This document shows, piece by piece, positions 24,801 through 33,525 of a DNA stretch of 64,000 bases. Source of the DNA: Mizuhopecten yessoensis (Eukaryota); the NCBI RefSeq assembly GCF_002113885.1, contig NW_018403589.1, positions 997,309 through 1,061,308 of the forward strand. Direction: 5' to 3'. Made by a program: the position numbers and the translations under genes. Below the pieces are notes generated by a model. The model was not told the DNA's origin. It saw nothing but the letters and a program-made list of their open reading frames with translations, and searched no databases. Within the stretch, counting starts at the first letter, position 1. The number at the start of each line of letters is the position of its first letter.

Positions 24801-27094
24801 CAACCGATGATATTTGTGCATATTTACGGATAATTCATGAGGTACATGTATAAGGCTTTTTTTTTTCAAGTTTCAAGCTATACATTATGTCTCAACCGCA
24901 CGATAGTCACATGTTTAAACCTAATCTCAATGTTTACCTACAATATGTCCTGCAAGCAGGGGATATAAATTCCACGAATTTGCTTGTTTATAGACATGCA
25001 TAAACTTTTCAAATTCTGAGACTTACTTTTAATGTTTGATTTTTGGTTAGAATTAGAATGAAGACATAAACTTTTGCTAACCAGCTGTCAATATTTTGTA
25101 ATCAGATGTTCACTATGAGAAGTATGCCTTTTAATGAAATAGAACCTTCCTATGTAAGTTCAAATAATAATAAAAACATGCATTCTCATTCAATAATTAA
25201 AAAAAAAAAAATCAAATCATATCAATATTCCTATCTAATAATAAAGGGAATATTTTTTTCCATATTTTGTTTGATAACACTATATAATATTTTTTAATAT
25301 CCAGACTTTTTAAATTTTCCGTTGACGACAAGGGATGCAAAGTTGATAAGGATTTCTCCGTTGACTTATCAAGGAATACAAAAGTGGTAAGATTTGATTA
25401 TATAACTCTTCACTGTTGTAACATTGTGTTATGACATAGTTTGATTTCTGATGACGGAATTTTAGAGGTTCGTAATATTGTTCTCCTGCAGGTTATAGAG
25501 GTAGGAGCTCTTCAGGGTTGTTATCAGAATAGTCCCTTAACCCTTTCACCACTGTGGACCACAATTGACTCATCCAGATAAAGGTATGGTAGAGTCTACT
25601 GAAGTTACCTAGGGGTGAAAGGGTTAAAGCTATAGAGAACAATTACTCAGAAGGGAGGGTAGGCTATGACTGCTGAAGAGGACACTTACTTTAGAAATGA
25701 TTTTACAAGATAAACAAACTATGTAAATCTTAACAAAATATCTCAACTGTAACTACATAGTTATATATGTCATCCCGTATTTCCTTTTTTAACCTAGAAA
25801 TGTGTCTACCTGTTATATATTTTGCCTTGCCCATAAAATCTTAAGATTTAGTTTATTGACTTTCCTACTCCAGGAGGAAGCTATGTATACATCATCTGGT
25901 CGTAGCATCAGACGTAAAGTATCAACAACTGAACTCAGGGATACTTCAGAAATGGTAAGTTCTTAGTGTAACGTCTTGTTTAAACAGCAAATCAGTTATA
26001 TTTTATATTTCCTTAAGATTTCTGGGAGCTTGTTATCACTGCTTTGTTTATCTCAAAATATCCATCAGACATCTTTGTCTGGAACATAAGTTTTGAGCTT
26101 CTGAACATTGTTAGATGAACTTTATTGTGTACCAGCCAATGACTAGACTCTTTTGTTGTGTGTCACACATTTGTCTATACATCTGAAGTTAAAGTCACTG
26201 CAAGTGGTCAAATTGAAACCCATTGCAATGTCTAGACTATAAAAGCTTGAAGAAAATTGCTTGAAAAAACTTCAAAATTTTATACATCAAGTTTATAGAA
26301 AATATGTGACGCAAAACAAATGCCGGTTCTCCAAGACACTTTTGACCACATGCATCAGCACAACATCATAAAAAATATGTTACTTTTCCGTTTTAAGCTG
26401 TATATATACAATATATTTGATAGTACTTAATAGATCTGGTATAATGTTCTGGTATTTTGAATCAGACGATACACAACGTGGATTACGAGGACGATTTGGA
26501 CCTGCTGTATACCAGTGCTGTTTACCAAGACCCTGAGGGGACATACAACATGGTGAACCTCTACCATAACACCACTGGAGCCTTACTGCGGGCAGTACGT
26601 CTCGAGGAACCCTGGCAGGAGGTCAGCATCACAGGATGTACTTCTGTTAGTGCAGAGATGCTAATGTTATCCATTCATTTTCATCATTTCCCAATAATTT
26701 CATTGAAGATAAATATGAAATGAGATTTAACATGAGTATTAGACCTGTAAAATCCATCTACAAAATGTTCTTTCCTTAACCTTATAATTATACAGTACTA
26801 GCAAAATCAATCGATTAGCTTTAATACAGTAGAAAACAGAGTTATCTTTCTTGTTTTAGCTGCTTGTTTTTTTAATTCTAAGCTGATATTTCCTGGTTAT
26901 AATTGTCTTTTCAGGTTTATGAGCACCGTGTCATTTTGGATTTAGATACCATTATAAAGGTAGTGAAACCGTCCCCAGGCCGTTTCTGTTGTATAGTGTA
27001 CAGACTATGCTCCAACATAGAAGATCAGGAAACAAAACACAAATCTACCTCCAAACATCATAGACCTGTACGTAGGAGGAGGTCAAGGCGATGA
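15699..27094 (+). CDS. DCAF17: DDB1- and CUL4-associated factor 17, complete spliced CDS, 15 exons, 1602 nt, 533 aa
   Basis: join(15699-15830,17896-17957,18225-18266,19107-19203,19906-20045,20379-20460,21043-21132,21584-21691,22020-22119,22987-23126,23761-23870,25305-25386,25874-25954,26466-26621,26915-27094); all GT-AG with consistent phases; motifs KIYFDN, KIEDAL, GGFPWHY, SGRI, VDYEDDLDLL colinear with recalled vertebrate DCAF17. Start could alternatively be ATG 15735. Confidence 0.93.
16818..17475. mobile_element. MITE with ~19-bp TIR (possibly Kolobok-like)
   Basis: AGGTAGCAGAGTACAGTAG ... CTACTGTACTCTGCCACCT; target site decayed. Confidence 0.6.
17896..17957 (+). CDS. DCAF17: DCAF17 exon 2
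   Basis: tttcag|GNYSYKKVWQKNSDKRIACEG|gtaatg. Confidence 0.85.
18225..18266 (+). CDS. DCAF17: DCAF17 exon 3 (42 nt)
   Basis: ttttcag|GKIYFDNFRIWYG|gtaagt. Confidence 0.85.
18861..18942. mobile_element. piggyBac-type MITE
   Basis: TTAA|CCCTTTCACC...GGTGAAAGGG|TTAA. Confidence 0.8.
19107..19203 (+). CDS. DCAF17: DCAF17 exon 4
   Basis: ttgtag|YNLKNEPQ...KIEDALVACIHS|gtaaaa. Confidence 0.85.
19906..20045 (+). CDS. DCAF17: DCAF17 exon 5
   Basis: gacag|ECLPLSNDGHKSSLF...WLLRF...SPTHKF|gtgagc. Confidence 0.85.
20379..20460 (+). CDS. DCAF17: DCAF17 exon 6
   Basis: gtcag|DISWNEPQTSLVLR...VRQ|gtgaga. Confidence 0.85.
21043..21132 (+). CDS. DCAF17: DCAF17 exon 7
   Basis: tatag|AGAPVPIVMLLAVFEVCPLKFVGMLKITEE|gtacgt. 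Confidence 0.85.
21584..21691 (+). CDS. DCAF17: DCAF17 exon 8
   Basis: tgtag|VFGKDVVHAVISQGLLITMHHSGWVRMYSFDRIVEK|gtaata. Confidence 0.88.
22020..22119 (+). CDS. DCAF17: DCAF17 exon 9
   Basis: ctaacag|YRRFEAKLF...GEMPCGLPCNIQIT|gtaagt. Confidence 0.88.
22095..22310 (+). repeat. 31-bp tandem x7 spanning the DCAF17 exon 9 donor
   Basis: CTGCCATGTAATATACAGATCACAG|GTAAGT units. Confidence 0.92.
22322..22489. mobile_element. 168-bp palindromic MITE
   Basis: TATTCCGTCTTT...AAAGACGGAATA, arms nearly perfectly complementary. Confidence 0.8.
22526..22797 (-). mobile_element. Helenus-like TRIM: partial 5' LTR, PBS, 120-bp internal, PPT, full 3' LTR
   Basis: Minus: ..TATTACA-TTTGGTGCCTGTGATC-internal-AAAGGAAGAGTAA-TGTAGTGG..(A-box, B-box)..CCA. 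Confidence 0.75.
22987..23126 (+). CDS. DCAF17: DCAF17 exon 10
   Basis: tttcag|CPPVLFEV...GGFPWHYLTSP...GQL|gtcagt. Confidence 0.9.
23761..23870 (+). CDS. DCAF17: DCAF17 exon 11
   Basis: tttcag|AQNGTLAMD...DDSGRILYVGATDI|gtttgt. Confidence 0.88.
24116..24990 (-). mobile_element. HINE-like element with ~160-bp internal repeats
   Basis: (TCTG)n microsatellite near one end, CTTGTT at the other, internal repeat TTCTTCAAACTTGGTACCAGGGTTAAA. Confidence 0.65.
25305..25386 (+). CDS. DCAF17: DCAF17 exon 12
   Basis: tccag|LFKFSVDDKGCKVDKDFSVDLSRNTKV|gtaaga; phases fit neighbours. Confidence 0.75.
25541..25623. mobile_element. piggyBac-type MITE (opposite orientation to 18861)
   Basis: TTAA|CCCTTTCACC...GGTGAAAGGG|TTAA. 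Confidence 0.8.
25874..25954 (+). CDS. DCAF17: DCAF17 exon 13
   Basis: ctccag|EEAMYTSSGRSIRRKV...SEM|gtaagt. Confidence 0.85.
26466..26621 (+). CDS. DCAF17: DCAF17 exon 14
   Basis: atcag|TIHNVDYEDDLDLL...LEEPWQE|gtcagc. Confidence 0.9.
26915..27094 (+). CDS. DCAF17: DCAF17 exon 15 (terminal)
   Basis: tttcag|VYEHRVILDLD...FCCIVYRL...RRRRSRR*. Confidence 0.88.
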   Translation, partial: VYEHRVILDLDTIIKVVKPSPGRFCCIVYRLCSNIEDQETKHKSTSKHHRPVRRRRSRR

Positions 27095-28080
27095 GTCACT
27101 GTCCATCTAATAAAAGAGAGATAGTCCACCTCCAAACATCATAGACCTGTACGTAGGAGGCGGTCAAAGCGATGAGTCACTGTACATCTAATTAAAGAGA
27201 GATAGTCTACCTCCAACCATCATAGACCTGTACGTAGGAGGCGGTCAAAGCGATGAGTCACTGTACATCTAATAAAAGAGAGATAGTCTACCTCCAAACA
27301 TCAGAGACCTGAACATAGGAGGAGGTCAAGGCGTTGAGTCACTTTATATCTAATAAAAGAGAGATAGTCTACCTCCAAACATCATAGACCTGTACGTAGG
27401 AGGAGGTCAAGGCGATGAGTCCCTGTACATCTAATAAAAGAGAGATAGTCTACCTCCCAACATCAAAGACCTGAACGTAGGAGGCGGTAAAGGCGATGAG
27501 TCACTGTACATCTAATAAAAGAGAGATAGTCTGCCTCCTAACATCAGAGGCCTGTACGTAGGAGGAGGTCAAGGCGTTGAGTCACTATACATCTAATAAA
27601 AGAGAGATAGTCTACCTCCAAACATCAAAGACCTGAACGTAGGAGGCGGTCAAGGCGATGATTCACTGTACATCTAATAAAAGAGAGATAGTCTACCTCC
27701 TAACATCAGAGACCTGTACGTAGGAGGAGGTCAAGGCGTTGAGTCACTATACATCTAATAAAAGAGAGATAGTCTACCTCCAAACATCAGATACCTGTAC
27801 GTAGGAGGAGGTCAAGGCGATGAGGCACTGTACATCTAATTAAAGAGAGATAGTCTACCTCAAAACATCAGAGACCTGTACGTAGGAGGAGGTCATGGCG
27901 TTGAGTCACTATACATCTAATAAAAGAGAGATAGTCTACCTCCAAACATCAGATACCTGTACGTAGGAGGAGGTCAAGGCGATGAGTCACTGTACATCTA
28001 ATAAAAAGAGATATAGTCTACCTCCAAACATCAGAGACCTGTACGTAGGAGGAGGTCAAGGCAATGAGTCACTACATAAT
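27044..28080 (+). repeat. 81-bp tandem x ~13 covering DCAF17 last codons, stop and AATAAA
   Basis: Unit starts at 27044, 27125, 27206...; each has TGA and AATAAA or ATTAAA. Confidence 0.95.
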
Positions 28081-29026
28081 TATCTAATATTAAAAGGGAG
28101 ATAATCCTCCAAACACCAACGGACAGACTATTAGAGGACATACTTGCCAACACTCCCTATTGCTAAATGAATTAACATTGAGCACTTTCAACCAGTGAAT
28201 TTTCTAAACTATCTTATTTTCTAAGATCTGATGAATTCATTGACAAGAACAGCTCAAAAGATGCTGTTTAAAAGTGTTATGTTTCCCCTAGGGCGTACAT
28301 ACACATATTTTATTCATGCTTTTAATTCTGAGCATGCATAATTATCCCCATGGAAATTTCAAAAAGTTGGCTAGGTTTCTTGTCAAGGTGATCTGTTGAC
28401 AGGAAAAAGTCACCTTCAAACACCAGTGACGAGACCATAGCGGGACAAGTCTATCACATTTTTTACCTACTAATGACAGAAAGAAAAATATTGATTGTTG
28501 TATGTGTGTGTGGCTGGTCAGAAAACATTACCTTACTGTGCTTTATAAGTAAAAATGCAGGCTCTTCAATTCATAATCCTCAGACTTTCAAAAGGGAGGT
28601 AACTCACTACACACTGTCAGGTATGCAACATGATGTTGACAGGGAGATAACTCACTGCATTTCTCCACAATTTTTGCGAGTAGCTAACTGTTAACTTTGG
28701 AGACTTTTAAAAACCTTTTGACAACACTTATATGTTTATATACCATCTTTACATTGTTAAGTTTATACAATAAATTTTACACTTGTCATATGGCTTTTGT
28801 GGTTTTTTTGCATGCAAAGTTAAACCTTGGCATGGTCGCTATGATATCAAATTATTCATCTTTCAACAACTTCTTCTTCAGTACCATAGGTGTCATGAAA
28901 CCTTCACCTATACTTGCTGAAATATCCATGACCTTGACCCTTATTCAGAGTCACTTGGATAACCTATTTTTCAAAAAAAATCAAGTATGTTAATATGTTA
29001 CAGAAAGAGACATGCCAAGTGTTCTC

Positions 29027-29194
29027 CCAGTACTTGAAACAGGGGTTGGTCACATGCACCAATGTAACAGGAAAGGAAAGAGAAATGTATGCCTAGACCA
29101 GGATTCAAACCCCGGACCCTTCAAACTCTAGACAGACACTCTACTAATTGAGCTTCCTGGTTGCTGGTGATCAACCCAGTCCAGTTCCACTACA
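29027..29194 (-). mobile_element. Helenus-like TRIM: 132-bp LTR (29063-29194) plus PBS and internal start
   Basis: TGTA...TACA termini; A-box/B-box; followed on minus by TTGGTGCATGTGACC; internal sequence shared with copy at 22738-22774. Confidence 0.75.
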
Positions 29195-29639
29195 CAGACA
29201 TTGTTTAATGTAATGAAAACATTGAACAATTTCTTCTTCATGTTTAGATTGATGATATTTGAGCCATTTGCTTGCTGGGATGAATGGATATAATGATGTT
29301 TATATCAATTACCCAATCTGATTAAAACACAGATCTCATGCTACATTACATAATGACATTGGTGATAAATTAAAATCTGTATTTTAATCAGATTGTGAAT
29401 TACCTTGTCCTAGGGATCAAACAGGGTTGATACATTGAACAGTTTGACATCATTGAAACTATCGAGTCAAAACTTGTAGTATTTGGCTTATTTTCCTATA
29501 AGGTGTTATATTAGTTAAAAGGATTAACGTCAGCTCACATATTTGTTAACAAAAACCTCCTAGAACAAGTCACTTCATGATGTGTTACACAGTTTGTAGG
29601 CCTCACATGTTTATTCAAAAGAAGTTATTTTAAAACAAT

Positions 29640-30260
29640 TTTACTGCAATGACCTTGAAAGTGGGTTTAGGTCAGTCATTTTAACAAATTGGATAGCCCC
29701 TCTTTGTTATTCAGATGTCATTTAAAATCATTAATACATTTGACTCCTGTGACCATTGATGTAGTTCAAAGTCATTTATTTGACCCAGCACGCTATGTAC
29801 AGGCCAAATATCACAAGCCGATTGATGCCTCAGATGGTTATTTAAGTCATTGAACATTTTAAGGCATGTGAACTTCAGTGAGCCAAGGTCACTTATCTAA
29901 ACACATTTGATGACCCTTCACCAAGCTCTTAATTGTTACAGGCAAAATATTGTGAAGCTTTGCTTCTTTGTCAATCAGATGATGATGTTGAAAGGTTTAA
30001 AGACATTTGACCCCTGCAACCTAATGTCCTTGAATATGGGTAAAGGTCTTTCATTTGAACAATTTTGATAGCCCTTCCACCCCAGCATGCTACAGGCCAA
30101 ATTTCATGACTCTTAGGCTTCTTGGTTATTTAGAAAAAAATGTTTTAATCATTTTAGACATTTAACCTCCTGTGAATTTGAACAGGGCCAATGTCATTTT
30201 TTGACAAACATGATATCCCTATCTTGTATTAATTGCCTTTTTGGTTAGATGAGTTAAAAT
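29640..30260 (+). repeat. Degenerate ~146-bp satellite units (same family as 36330-37400)
   Basis: TGACCTTGAA..GGTCA..TTTGAAC..CCCAGCATGCTAC motifs. Confidence 0.6.
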
Positions 30261-30330
30261 TCTAAATTTTAATGTTGATTGTTTCATCTCTCAGCTGAAA
30301 TTCACAATGGTTGTTTTACATCATTCTCTA

Positions 30331-30457
30331 GTAGCAGAAAGAGAAATCCAACAGCCAGACTGGTAATCGAACCGGGACCCTCCAAAGTCTAGATGAACGC
30401 TGTGTCAATTGAGCTACCTGGTCCTGGACGGTCGAGCCAGTCCAGTTCGGCTAGCAT
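30331..30457 (-). mobile_element. Solo LTR of Helenus-like TRIM
   Basis: Aligns by eye to 29063-29194 (AATTGAGCTACCTGG, CCAGTCCAGTTC). Confidence 0.6.
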
Positions 30458-30699
30458 CATTGATTCTTACATAAGCTACATCCGAAACGAATAATTATAT
30501 TGTCAAACAAATATTTTGAAGACTTTTACGGTATGGATTATTTGTATTAATTAACTTTATAAACGACAGAGCAATTACAGATGTAGTTAGTTACCCTTTT
30601 TTAAACAACCACTCTTTCTCAAAAAATAATTGATATGCGAAAATAATTTAGAATATCCGGATAATTTCTACCAATTTCGGTTCTAGTTTTACAATTCAT

Positions 30700-30785
30700 G
30701 GGGTACTTCCGGTGTATATCTCCACAGACGCACATGCATGCAGTTGTCAGTTGTTTACCTGTTTACTGTTAATTACAGGTAATGT
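30700..30785 (+). promoter_or_regulatory. Candidate CPLANE2 promoter and non-coding first exon
   Basis: ETS ACTTCCGG 30705-30712, two TGTTTAC forkhead motifs, CAG|GTAATG donor at 30779; coding exon 1 has an upstream acceptor. Confidence 0.4.
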
Positions 30786-31948
30786 ACGTCGTATTATCAA
30801 CTTCTATGGTTAACACGTCACTTCATTCCATGTATATCGTGCCAATAATCCTACTCATAAACCGGTATTAGTCTTAATACGCTTCTCTGTCAATGACTGC
30901 TTCAGTAAACAGGAACTCAGACTATACTGTAGATCGAAACACAGGCACCTGCATTTAATATGTAATTATATAAAATATTAGTAGGGTAGGGAAGAGTCCG
31001 AAGACCATTTCATATTTTCACATATTTACATACTAGATGCAGATAATACCAGATTTAGACATGTTGAGTGTTGACACCACTTTTGCTGGTACTACCTATA
31101 TAACACCCCAACTCGCCCTATAACCAGTCAACCCAGGGTCGATGGGTTCAGGGTAATTACTTGCTTGATATTTCCAAAAGGGAACAAGTACTATAAAATT
31201 CTATTTAACACAGTTTATTTTAGAAAACATATATATTCACAACATTTAACACAGAATAATAGGCCTATTAAATTATACCTACATGAATCTAACCTTAACA
31301 AAACTAACCCCCCAGCTTCCCATCCTAACCCTACATCTAAATTATTCCTAAGTCCCTAAAAATATACCTACTGCAGAGATGAACCCAAGGAAGTTCACCC
31401 AGCGCTCTGCGTCCACATAAGACGAACACCCCAACTTATACACTCAAAGTTAACAATACGAAACGATGGACCAATCACAACAGAGGATTTACTAGCTGCG
31501 ATAACGTAGCTTTCTGACGACGAGAGATTTTTTTTAAATATTGCGTCGGCCGGGTATTAATATTAGTACTAAGGATTTACAAGTAAACAGACTAGATACA
31601 GACGAGAAAGCAAAAAGAACCCGGAGAAATAACATTGACCACAGACAGGACACGTGTGCAGAACAGCATAACAAAGGTCAGGTAACACAGGTACACTGAG
31701 TACAGACACAACATTAACCTAATACACAGAACAAATCAAGCACACCAATGCTTATTTTGCATTGTCAGCTTGAGCTAGCCGTCATAAAACATACATCAAT
31801 AAATGCCCACTGCTACATATGTCTGGAAACTGGCTAACCTGACTTAGTGACATTATAGCTAATATTAATTGCTGGGAACTATGGGAAAGAAGATAATTCT
31901 TCTACTGTAAAAGATGTGCATTGATTAGGCTGCCTTACAAGCATCAGC

Positions 31949-32035
31949 TGTAGAGAAATTTTCTTTAGCTCAGTGGTAGAGCATGGGGCTGGAGAGCCAA
32001 AGGTTGCTGGTTCAAGCCCAAGCGACAGCACTGTC
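31949..32035 (+). mobile_element. 5' part of second-family tRNA-box LTR (3' part at 32898-32926)
   Basis: TGTAG..TAGCTCAGTGGTAGAGC..GGTTCAAGCCC; intact counterpart at 53216-53317. Confidence 0.6.
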
Positions 32036-32521
32036 ACATAGTTCACATAGTTGTAGACGCCAATGGTAAACCTTGCAGCTTCTTAGGGCGCATTTTGAGA
32101 TAGTTAAAAACTTTTGATTGTATTTACACTTCCGGTGCGCTTAAATAATAGGTATAATCAGGTGTGCAGATAGAGCTTAGCTTCAAATTTGAACTGATGG
32201 TTTTTATACGCCCGTCAAATTTGACTGGAGTATTATGGTATGGATTTGGCCGGCCGGACGGCGTAAACATTTGTTTTTCCGGCAATCTCCTCCTACATTT
32301 TTCAACCGATCTCTTTGAAACTTGGTATACATTATGATCATGATATGAAGTTGTGTCTCCCTTAAAAGAATTTTGATTCAACAATTTTTGCAAAAGTTAT
32401 TGCCCTTTGTTCATTTCATGATTTTTTGTCCGGAGATTTTCTCCTACAATTTTTATAGCATGTCAGCTAACCACTCTTAGAATGATGCAGATCTTATTTC
32501 AATGTAAGAAAGTACATAACA

Positions 32522-32815
32522 CTATATGGCATTTGACGGGCATATATTGTTCCGCCCTGAAGTACTCTTGTTCCAAAACTTGTTGAGTCTGTTCTTAAAA
32601 GAGTTTGGATTTGGAGAGTTAACCTTGTCTGGCAAAGTATTCCAGATATGTACCCCTCTGTTACCGTAGTTACTGTAGACAAGTTTACGCGTCCACTGTT
32701 TGAATAATTTCCTTGTGTTGTCTCTTGTTATGTTTGTGGGTGCCTTTTTGAACATATTTTCATATTCCACTATATCTATTCCTTCCAAAATTTTGAAGAG
32801 TTTGATGAGTCGGTC
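32522..32815 (-). mobile_element. CR1 LINE 3' fragment
   Basis: FKILEG...TR..KLFK..NRGVHIWNTLPDKV..NSFKNRLNKFW, typical CR1 ORF2 C-terminus. Confidence 0.75.
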
Positions 32816-33416
32816 ACGTCGGCTCTATCACGCTGGCACTCCAAAGTCGGTAATCCTAGTTTGCAGAGTCTTTCTGGATAAGCTAGATAAGCTATAATCT
32901 TTATCACTATTTCTCGTCCTACTACACTACTAAGATGTGATGACAAATGTTATTGTAAAAGATTTTGAAATTTTATGATATTATTCAGGGCTTTGTTACT
33001 CCTAAATATCTCTCGATCTGGATGCGCCTGTCTGATAGAAGCCAATCGGAATACCTGTCTAAGGCTGATTGAAATTTGAAACCCAAGAACTTATGTATGG
33101 AATGGATGTCCACAATATGCAGTATTTCTAGATATCAGTCTGGAATTCCACCCTCCATATCCATAAAAGTTTACTGACTCACAGGCATTACTCAATCACC
33201 ACAATGTCACCTTTAATGGAACACATAGGCATGTGACAAGGCACTATCTAAGGAACATTAATAACATGAACATTCTATTGATATTATAATCTATTGTGAA
33301 AGCTTCAATCGCTTCACGAATGTATTGTTATATGTTAAGGTGTGCGGTTACATGTATATTGACATCAATTGCCTCATCGTTGACAGAGCCTTGATGTTGA
33401 AGCCATACAAGTTGTG

Positions 33417-33525
33417 ATGTTGTCATCCGGTTCTTTACTCAGCCTTGACTGGCATAAGACCAGGGAAGGCCAAGAAGTTCTGGCATCTGTGCTACAGAGA
33501 AATCTCACTAAACTAAAGAGGTTTG
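33417..33525 (+). CDS. CPLANE2: CPLANE2 coding exon 1
   Basis: MLSSGSLLSLDWHKTREGQEVL...KRF|gtaaga; upstream acceptor tgacag at 33386. Confidence 0.85.

Noticed and set aside
27044-28080. Possible CRISPR array (also 43868-45638, 46318-46975)
   Set aside because: Units are contiguous with no unique spacers; eukaryotic context, no cas genes.
31965-32035. tRNA gene (also 53220-53290, 29090-29160)
   Set aside because: A/B boxes present but no intact acceptor stem; embedded in TG..CA-bounded dispersed repeats.
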